Shown here: positions 25,794 to 33,225 of the stretch, piece after piece
How positions within the stretch are numbered: position 1 is the first letter of the stretch
Layout: the number at the start of each line of letters is the position of its first letter
NCBI GenBank assembly: GCA_964493555.1
Contig: CAZBOQ010000045.1
Span: 1-38,546 of the forward strand
DNA: 38,546 nucleotides
Origin: an uncultured Gammaproteobacteria bacterium
GTDB lineage: Bacteria; Pseudomonadota; Gammaproteobacteria; JADZEE01
Reading direction: 5' to 3'
The notes under the pieces: generated by a model
The model's database searches: none
Told to the model about the DNA's origin: nothing
Seen by the model: the letters and a program-made list of their open reading frames with translations, nothing else
Position numbers and translations under genes: made by a program

Positions 25794-27965
25794 CTATCTA
25801 TGTTTAACGAACCAACACTTATGGCTCTTCGAGCCACGAAAATCTTCATCGAGCGACCAGCGTGTCACGTCTTGCAGGACGAATTGCTCACCGATAACTG
25901 AATCGAGTTTGAATTTTCGACTATTCGTCGAAAAAATTAACAGCCCGTCAGCGCTCAAGCACCGCATGGCCGAAGTCAGCAGCGGCACGTGATCGCGTTG
26001 TAGGTCCAAGACATTCGTTGTGCGTTTTGAATTAGAAAACGTAGGTGGGTCGAGTAGGACTAGATCAAAGCTGTCCTCGTTTTCCGCGAGCCAATTCCAG
26101 CAATCTCTTTCTACCAGTTTGTGCCGATTCTCGCCAATACCGTTTCGCGCTAGATTCTTGCCTGCCCATTCGAGATAACGCGGGGATAAATCGACGCTCG
26201 TGCTAAACCGGGCGCCACCCAAGGCAGCGTGTACGGTCGCCGCCCCGGTATAACAATAGAGATTCAAGAAACGCTTGCCGTTAGCTAGTTCAGCGATCCG
26301 TTTCCTAACTGGTCTGTGGTCGAGGAAGAGGCCGGTGTCGAGATAATCATGCAGATTGACTAATAAAGTTGCATCGTCTTCTGTGACTTCAATGAGTTCC
26401 CCGCGCTCGGATCGCTGCTGGTATTGAGCAGCGCCCGGTTGGCGCTTTCGCCGCTTCACCACAATCTGTTGTCGCTCGATAGCAAATACCAATTGCACGG
26501 TTGTAACAATTTCGTCCATCCGTTGCGCCGCTAGAGCTGGATCAATAGTCGTTGGAGCCTGGTATTCGGCGATATGCACACAATCCGTGTAAAGGTCGAT
26601 AGCCACCGCATACTGGGGGATATCCGCGTCGTACAAACGGAAGCAGCTGATTCCCTTTTTGCGCGACCACTTTGCCAGACGCTTTAGATTTTTCTTAAGA
26701 CGGTTGGCTAGCATGACAACGTTCTCACTCGTACTCGCTGATGGAACTGCGAGAGGGGGAGTATCAGGCGTGCGATCGGTCACATACCGGTTCGGCTTGA
26801 TATCGAACACAAGTAATCTTGCTGGCAACGCGCCATTGAACAAACGATAGCTCTTCTGTGCACGGATCCCGATTGTTTTCGCATGCTCGGGATTAGCCGT
26901 CATAATAGCGACCTGCCAGCCTTCGAAGTGAGCGCGCAGACGTTCCCCAAGATGTTTATATAAGGGGCCAAGGGTTGTTTCGTTTCCTAGGCGTTGGCCA
27001 AAGGGTGGATTGGTCACCACCAATCCAGTCCCAGTCTTGGAGGGCGCCTTCAAATCTCTCAGCTCACGGCGCCGGACACGGATACGTCCGGCGAATCCGG
27101 CGGCTCGTATGTTCTTTTCGGCCGATTGGATGGCGTATCCGCTTGCGTCGTACCCAACGATACCGGGTAACTCCTGCGAGCTGCACGCCGCTCGCCTGGC
27201 GAAGGCATCGGACATTAAATCAGTCCAGATCTGTGCCTCATGCCCGAGCCATCCGGTAAAACCCCAGTAGCGGCGGATCAAGCCTGGCGCTACATCGGTA
27301 GCGATTGCGGCCGCTTCTATTAGCAATGTGCCCGAGCCGCACATTGGATCGACTAACATCTCCTCGGTACCTCGGGCTTTAGACCAAGCCGCGCGCACCA
27401 GAAGTGCGGCAGCGAGGTTTTCCTTCAAGGGCGCCGGTCCACTGGCCTTGCGATAACCTCGTTTATGCAGGCTCTCACCAGACAAATCGATACTAACAAT
27501 GGCTTGTCCACGTGCAGCTCTGACATTTAAGCGAAGCGCTGGCTGGCTGGTATCCACCGAAGGGCGGGTTCCACCAGTGTCACGAAAATAATCGACCACG
27601 GCGTCCTTAACCTTCAGAGCACCGTAATGCGTATGTTTGATGGCGTTTGTTTTACCAGAGAAATCTATTGCGAAACTCGTACTCGAGAGCATGTGATCAC
27701 GCCAAGAGAGGGATCTGATCCCGTGATACAAATCCTCTTGGTCGTGGAAGCTGAAGGTGGTGAGGACCAATAGGACGCGATTAGCCAGACGGGACCAGAG
27801 ACACACCCGATAAAGGCACTCCAGCGAGCCCGCAAATGCTACTCCAGCAACGGTTTCCCGTAATTCGGCCGCGCCCAGTTGGCTGAGTTCAGCTTTGAGG
27901 AGACCCTCTAAGTTCTTGGGGCAGGTAGCAAAGGCAGAATATTGGGCCGGCATGATCGGGCTCAC
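25794..27965 (-). CDS. rlmL: Bifunctional 23S rRNA methyltransferase RlmKL (m2G2445 / m7G2069)
   Basis: 723 aa. N-terminal THUMP-containing region, first methyltransferase motifs DPMCGSGTLLIEAA and VVTNPPFG, and second methyltransferase motifs LNLYCYTGAAT and LLDPPTFS. Size is close to E. coli RlmKL. Confidence 0.9.
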   Translation of the reverse strand: MSPIMPAQYSAFATCPKNLEGLLKAELSQLGAAELRETVAGVAFAGSLECLYRVCLWSRLANRVLLVLTTFSFHDQEDLYHGIRSLSWRDHMLSSTSFAIDFSGKTNAIKHTHYGALKVKDAVVDYFRDTGGTRPSVDTSQPALRLNVRAARGQAIVSIDLSGESLHKRGYRKASGPAPLKENLAAALLVRAAWSKARGTEEMLVDPMCGSGTLLIEAAAIATDVAPGLIRRYWGFTGWLGHEAQIWTDLMSDAFARRAACSSQELPGIVGYDASGYAIQSAEKNIRAAGFAGRIRVRRRELRDLKAPSKTGTGLVVTNPPFGQRLGNETTLGPLYKHLGERLRAHFEGWQVAIMTANPEHAKTIGIRAQKSYRLFNGALPARLLVFDIKPNRYVTDRTPDTPPLAVPSASTSENVVMLANRLKKNLKRLAKWSRKKGISCFRLYDADIPQYAVAIDLYTDCVHIAEYQAPTTIDPALAAQRMDEIVTTVQLVFAIERQQIVVKRRKRQPGAAQYQQRSERGELIEVTEDDATLLVNLHDYLDTGLFLDHRPVRKRIAELANGKRFLNLYCYTGAATVHAALGGARFSTSVDLSPRYLEWAGKNLARNGIGENRHKLVERDCWNWLAENEDSFDLVLLDPPTFSNSKRTTNVLDLQRDHVPLLTSAMRCLSADGLLIFSTNSRKFKLDSVIGEQFVLQDVTRWSLDEDFRGSKSHKCWFVKHR

Positions 27966-28524
27966 GGGTTCGAGAGGGGGCTATGGTAGGGAAGTCCCAG
28001 TAGTTGTAAAGCATGTTAAGCGCAAGATAAAAAATAAAGGTCTTAATGATCTGTTAGTTATAACAGTTAAGTTAGTCCCGATGTCGGTATATCCACATCT
28101 TAGCTACACTGTTATGTTCCGACCATGCGGAGTGGCGCCGTTGTTGATGTGGGGCATTATATTCGGAGAAAGGAGCCCTAGAGACAATCTGCCCTTTTGC
28201 TGACTTTGGGCTGTTCAGTTCAGGTTTAGCACCGGCGACCGCACTTTGCTGGTAAAATCATTATTGCTGAGTGCCGGTTTTCTGTTTCTGGGTAACTCGA
28301 TCTTTATGGTCAGCGGTTGGATGGAAATGCTAACCGCGTCCATAATCGACCTCACGTCAATAACGGATATGGTTAATACGATCCCCGCTATTGACCGAGT
28401 TGAAAGATGAGAGGGGTAGATTCTGCAGAGGAAATGGGGCCTTTGTCGCCATAGTACTCAGGTCCAGCCTGAGGTACTTGGGTGATCTTCCAGTGTTAAA
28501 CATTCAAACAAAGGATTTAAGAAA

Positions 28525-29316
28525 TTGAATAGGATTATTGCGAATTTGTGGGTGCTGGTGTTGTCGGTCAGCATCGGATTTTTTGCGCATGCCGAAACTC
28601 CGGAAGAAAAGGGGCTAGCGATCGCGATTGAAGCGGACGAACGCGATACCGGGTGGGTGGATTCGAGCCAAGACCTAGTTATGACTCTGCGCAACAAACA
28701 GGGGCAGGAGAGTGTGCGGAAAATACGTAACCGAGGCCTAGAGGTCGAAGGGGATGGCGATAAAAGTTTGTCAATTTTTGAACAACCTCGTGACGTCAAA
28801 GGAACCGCCTTTTTGAGTTTTACGCACTCATTGGTCCCTGACGAACAATGGCTGTATCTACCAGCCTTGAAGAGAGTTAAACGGATTTCCTCGGCGAACA
28901 AATCGGGGCCTTTCATGGGAAGTGAGTTTGCTTATGAGGATATCTCCTCCGATGAGGTTGAGAAATACAAGTACAAATGGTTGCGCGACGAGGTTGTAGA
29001 CGGCCGCGATACCTTCGTCGTGGAGCGTTATCCACAGTATCAACATTCGGGTTATACCCGTCAGATTAGCTGGGTGGACAAGAAAATGTGGCGCCCGCTT
29101 AAAGTTGAATATTACGACCGTAAAGACTCCTTGCTGAAAACAATGTCAATTCACGGTTATAATGCCTACCTAGACAGGTTCTGGCGAGCAGACCGATTCG
29201 AGATGGTGAACCATCAGACCGGTAAAAGCACGACCATTACTTGGAACAACTATAAATTCAAGACTGGTTTGACAGACCGAGATTTCGACCGCAATACGCT
29301 CAAGCGGGCGCGGTGA
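28525..29316 (+). CDS. LolA-like outer-membrane lipoprotein-sorting family protein (periplasmic)
   Basis: 263 aa with a TTG start 13 nt after AAGGA. Signal peptide LWVLVLSVSIGFFAHA. The pattern ...WLYLPALKRVKRISSANKSGPFMGSEFAYEDI... is what I recognise from the LolA_like family. Confidence 0.65.
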   Translation: MNRIIANLWVLVLSVSIGFFAHAETPEEKGLAIAIEADERDTGWVDSSQDLVMTLRNKQGQESVRKIRNRGLEVEGDGDKSLSIFEQPRDVKGTAFLSFTHSLVPDEQWLYLPALKRVKRISSANKSGPFMGSEFAYEDISSDEVEKYKYKWLRDEVVDGRDTFVVERYPQYQHSGYTRQISWVDKKMWRPLKVEYYDRKDSLLKTMSIHGYNAYLDRFWRADRFEMVNHQTGKSTTITWNNYKFKTGLTDRDFDRNTLKRAR

Positions 29317-29500
29317 TTATTGGTATGTTAAATGACAGCTTGGATCGACCAAAATAGGGCACAGTCCTGTCTCTTTTTTCCGACCGAAACGTTGGGGAAA
29401 GGTGTTGGTTATTCCCAGAGTCAGATTTTGACGAGAGTCGCTCAGGATAAACGCGACACTGGTCTTACGCTGTCGTTAGTGAGGGGAGGCTTAGTGTCTT

Positions 29501-31519
29501 ATGCAGCCGATACGGATCTTAAATGTAATATTATTTAGTTTCTTTCTTGGCAGTGGGCCTAGTGCTGAGGAAACGGGCTTCGTCCAGAAGAGTCTGTCTC
29601 ATACGGTGGTCAGGGGAGACACGCTGTATTCCGTAGCCAGGCAATATGGCCTCGATTATGAGGTATTGGCTGTTTGGAACGATATCGATTCTTCTTTTGT
29701 CATCACTCCGGGACAAAGGTTGAATTTGGAAGGATCCCAGGCGCCACAGCTACGAATAATACCCTCTTCTACCAACGTGCCGCCTCACACCGTGATTAGG
29801 GGAGACACGCTATATTCTATAGCCAAGAGATATGGCCTCGATTATGAGGTCCTGGCTGTCTGGAATGATATCGATTCTTCTTATGTCATTACTCCGGGAG
29901 AAAAATTGAATTTGGAAGGATCCCAGTCACAACAGCGACGAGTAATACCTTCTGCTACCGACATGCCGTCTCACACGGTGATTAGGGGAGACACGCTATA
30001 TTCTGTAGCCAAGAGATACGGTCTCGATTATGAGGCCCTGGCTATCTGGAACGATATTGATTCTTCTTATGTCATCACCCAGGACCAAAGACTGTGGCTC
30101 CGTCAACCCAATAGGTCGACAGAGGAGCTGTCTCCCAGAAAGGAAGAGTTGCGGTTACCTCGTATCGCTTCATCAATAGATCCGGAACAAGTCAAAAGGG
30201 GACCGATTCTTAACGGAGGGAATCAGTTCAATATTGATAGTACTTCTGACTCGTCTATGGGAAATAATAATTCGGACAAGCATGTGGTTAGCGAGTCTGA
30301 TGACGCTCTGTCAAATACAGTTTCAAACAGTTTTGCTCAAAACGACGCTGGAATGCCTGCAAATGAAACACATGATTATCCTGAATTGGATTGGGAGATC
30401 ACCGGTTATGTGGGTATTGAAGCCCGAGTTTTTGCGAGATCACCCGCTATCGCTCAACAACATGAAGACAACCTTTCCTTCATTGTCCAGCCGGAGTTTT
30501 ACACAGAGTGGGACGATGGTAGACAAAGCCTTCTGATTACTCCATATCTACGATGGGACCAAGGGGATGATCGTCGCAGTCACTTTGATGTTCGAGAATT
30601 TACTTGGTTATACGTTAGCGATTTTTGGGAACTAAATGTAGGGATACGGAAAGTGTTTTGGGGTGTTGTTGAATCACAACATCTTGTAGATATCATCAAC
30701 CAGTGGGACTTGGTCGATAATCTGGACGGCGAAGACAAATTAGGTCAGCCCATGATCAACTTGTCGGTTATTCAGGATTGGGGAACACTGGACTTTTTTG
30801 TCTTACCTTACTTCAGAGAGCGAACATTTGCAGGTCCGCAGGGACGGATTAGACCGTTACCCCGTATTGCAACCGGTTTAGCAGAGTATGAGTCAGCTGC
30901 TGAAGAGCATCATGTCGACTTTGCTATACGTTGGTCTCACGCAATAGGGGATTGGGATCTTGGTCTCTCACATTTTTATGGAACCTCTCGGGAACCTATT
31001 TTCTTTGCAAGCGTATTACCAACCAGTGAGATCGTCCTCATTCCTAGATATCACATTATTCATCAAACCGGGTTGGATTTGCAGGCTACCAAAGGCGACT
31101 GGCTCTGGAAACTTGAGGTCATTCAGCGTTCGGGTCAGGAAGACAGTTTTGTCGCGCTGACCGGAGGATTTGAATACACTCGGGTCGGGATTTTCGATAC
31201 ACAAATGGACTTGGGTTTTCTCCTCGAGTACTTGTTCGATGACCGTAAAGACCGGACCCGCATTCCATTCCAAAATGATGTGCTCGGAGGGTTCCGGCTG
31301 TCTTTGAACGATGAACAAAGCACAGCGATCCTTATGGGTGCCATGGTCGACCGCGACGATCAGTCGTGGTCGTTCAACCTAGAGGCCAGTCGGCGTATTG
31401 GTGATCGCTGGACGGTAGAAGCAGAGGCGCGGTTTTTTGAAAATCTAGATCAAGGTAATCTTCAGTTTGCCGTCAAGGATGATGATTACATACAAATTCA
31501 GCTATCACGATTTTTCTAA
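29501..31519 (+). CDS. Secreted protein with three tandem LysM domains, a low-complexity linker and a putative C-terminal outer-membrane beta-barrel
   Basis: 672 aa with a signal peptide. Three copies of H-T-V-(I/V)-RGDTLYS(V/I)A(K/R)(R/Q)YGLDYE.LA.WNDIDSS..(I/V)TPG..L match the LysM consensus. The roughly 400 C-terminal residues have alternating hydrophobic/aromatic strand-like patterns and end in ...LSRFF, with the terminal Phe typical of outer-membrane barrels. Confidence 0.7.
   Translation: MQPIRILNVILFSFFLGSGPSAEETGFVQKSLSHTVVRGDTLYSVARQYGLDYEVLAVWNDIDSSFVITPGQRLNLEGSQAPQLRIIPSSTNVPPHTVIRGDTLYSIAKRYGLDYEVLAVWNDIDSSYVITPGEKLNLEGSQSQQRRVIPSATDMPSHTVIRGDTLYSVAKRYGLDYEALAIWNDIDSSYVITQDQRLWLRQPNRSTEELSPRKEELRLPRIASSIDPEQVKRGPILNGGNQFNIDSTSDSSMGNNNSDKHVVSESDDALSNTVSNSFAQNDAGMPANETHDYPELDWEITGYVGIEARVFARSPAIAQQHEDNLSFIVQPEFYTEWDDGRQSLLITPYLRWDQGDDRRSHFDVREFTWLYVSDFWELNVGIRKVFWGVVESQHLVDIINQWDLVDNLDGEDKLGQPMINLSVIQDWGTLDFFVLPYFRERTFAGPQGRIRPLPRIATGLAEYESAAEEHHVDFAIRWSHAIGDWDLGLSHFYGTSREPIFFASVLPTSEIVLIPRYHIIHQTGLDLQATKGDWLWKLEVIQRSGQEDSFVALTGGFEYTRVGIFDTQMDLGFLLEYLFDDRKDRTRIPFQNDVLGGFRLSLNDEQSTAILMGAMVDRDDQSWSFNLEASRRIGDRWTVEAEARFFENLDQGNLQFAVKDDDYIQIQLSRFF
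29600..30100 (+). repeat. Three-copy tandem repeat with a 186-bp period (the LysM units)
   Basis: Copies start at 29600, 29786 and 29972. Long identical runs include gtgattaggggagacacgctatattct (copies 2 and 3), atatggcctcgattatgaggt (copies 1 and 2) and ttgaatttggaaggatcccag (copies 1 and 2). Confidence 0.9.
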
Positions 31520-31563
31520 CGAGACGTAGGATTTCCGTTACTTCGATGCGATAACCGGCTTTT

Positions 31564-33216
31564 CTAGGTCGAGGCAGTCGGACCAGGATGGCCAGACAAT
31601 CTAGCCGGAGCCGCGCGCTTGCCGGAGCCGCGCTGCGGGAAGCGCGCGATAGCAAATCCCTGCTGATAGCTGGCGCGAGTGATGATCAAGACCTTCCAAA
31701 AAATACCACCAACCACCGCTAAAACGCATCCAGTAGCGAGCAGGAGCGGGGGTAGTTCATGCACAATGCCAATACTGAATATAAGGCCGGGCAGCCCGTG
31801 GCCGAACAGATGGAGTGGTAACGACCACCGTTCGATTAGCGCACGAGACAGTGGTGGCATACCGTTCTCGCGGGCACCCACACGATAGCGGTGCCATAAC
31901 ACACCGTTGGTGAGCGCTAACGCCGCGCCGAAAAAGTAACTGGCGCCGCCGAACTGGATGGTGAGTGGGTTCAATACATGGCTGAGCGCATATAGGCCAA
32001 GTCCTTCATAAACACCAGTCGCTAGCAACATCCACACCATCAGAGGCACACGCCACGCCGGTATGCCCATACACGCCTGCAGGATCCGCGCCTGGCAATA
32101 TAAAAACGCAAAAGCAGCCAAACCGATCACGTTTATCAACCATTGTTCTGGACGCCACAAAATCCATCCGGCGATACCTACATAATAGACACCGACTACA
32201 TACATCTCGCGAGACATCCAAGAAGTTTGCGGTCGCAATATGGCAAATCCTGCTCGAAGTTTGCGTCCTATTTTTAACCAAACAAAAAATAATCCTGCGC
32301 CCATCACAACCGCGGAGAGTAGGAGCAACCCCCACATGCCGCGAATCGTCAACACATTTCCGTTCATCCATGCAACGACAGCGACGACACCTAGTCCCGA
32401 ACTCATGCCACCCAACACAAAATTCATCGCCGCGCGAAGATCCCAAAACGTCTGGCGCTCCCCAACCAGCGGATTAGCCGGATCTCCTAGGCGTTCATCG
32501 TCGAGATCCTCTTCATTCGGGTCTCGCCCTGGAACCGCAGGCGTCTCATAGAGATATTTTATCTGCGGATCGGTGCCCAATTCTTTGTGCATTTGAAACG
32601 AAGGTTTATCAGTAACTAGTTTCGACACTGTGCTGTCTGGATCGTTAAAGTCGCCGAACACCAACGCCTCGGCGATGCACGACGCTGCGCAGGCTGGGGT
32701 GTAGTCGAGGTCATTGCCTGGCACAACAGCTGTTTCTTTCGATTCATCGATCCGCTCGATGCAGAACGTGCATTTCTGCGCGACCCCCAGCCGCTCGTTA
32801 TGTTCAACTTTTTCTTCCTGGATCGTTTCCTCGCCGTAATACCACTGGTGGTCGTGGACTATGGTTCGTGCTTGGTAAGGACAGGAGACCGCGCAATAAG
32901 CGCAGCCGATACAGAGATCGTAATTCATCGTGACAAGGCCGTCGGCACGCTGAGCGGTAGCTCCGGTCGGGCAAACTGGCACGCAGGGAGGTTCGGCACA
33001 ATGCTGACATCCGGTGACCAGGAACAGCCGTTCGACGTCAGGAAAGGAACCAGTTTCCACATCCAAAACGCGGCGCCACTGCACCTCGGGGGAGGTGTCA
33101 TTGCTGTGTTTGCAGGCGATCGTGCAGGTCTGACAACCAACACAGCGGTTAAGATCTACTGTCATGCCCCAGCGGGGAATGTGGCGCTCTTTAATGTCGC
33201 TCGGTGGCTTGGGCAC
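31564..33216 (-). CDS. Fusion protein: four-cluster [4Fe-4S] ferredoxin subunit (DmsB/PadC-like) plus an 8-TM membrane-anchor domain (DmsC/NrfD/PadD-like)
   Basis: 550 aa with a GTG start. Sixteen Cys lie in four motifs: CVGCQTCTIAC, CQHCAEPPCVPVCP, CIGCAYCAVSCP and CTFC...CAASC. An acidic linker (PGRDPNEEDLDDERLGDP) is followed by about 8 hydrophobic helices. No signal or Tat motif. Confidence 0.8.
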   Translation of the reverse strand: MPKPPSDIKERHIPRWGMTVDLNRCVGCQTCTIACKHSNDTSPEVQWRRVLDVETGSFPDVERLFLVTGCQHCAEPPCVPVCPTGATAQRADGLVTMNYDLCIGCAYCAVSCPYQARTIVHDHQWYYGEETIQEEKVEHNERLGVAQKCTFCIERIDESKETAVVPGNDLDYTPACAASCIAEALVFGDFNDPDSTVSKLVTDKPSFQMHKELGTDPQIKYLYETPAVPGRDPNEEDLDDERLGDPANPLVGERQTFWDLRAAMNFVLGGMSSGLGVVAVVAWMNGNVLTIRGMWGLLLLSAVVMGAGLFFVWLKIGRKLRAGFAILRPQTSWMSREMYVVGVYYVGIAGWILWRPEQWLINVIGLAAFAFLYCQARILQACMGIPAWRVPLMVWMLLATGVYEGLGLYALSHVLNPLTIQFGGASYFFGAALALTNGVLWHRYRVGARENGMPPLSRALIERWSLPLHLFGHGLPGLIFSIGIVHELPPLLLATGCVLAVVGGIFWKVLIITRASYQQGFAIARFPQRGSGKRAAPARLSGHPGPTAST

Positions 33217-33225
33217 GTTTTCGGA

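Noticed and set aside
28306-28410. 34-aa ORF (MVSGWMEMLTASIIDLTSITDMVNTIPAIDRVER) in the long rlmKL/LolA-like spacer
   Set aside because: No Shine-Dalgarno sequence and no recognisable family. It is mentioned only inside the finding about the long spacer.
29332-29538. 68-aa ORF between the LolA-like gene and the LysM gene
   Set aside because: It overlaps the well-supported ATG and signal peptide of the LysM protein in another frame. It has no motif and no obvious ribosome-binding site.
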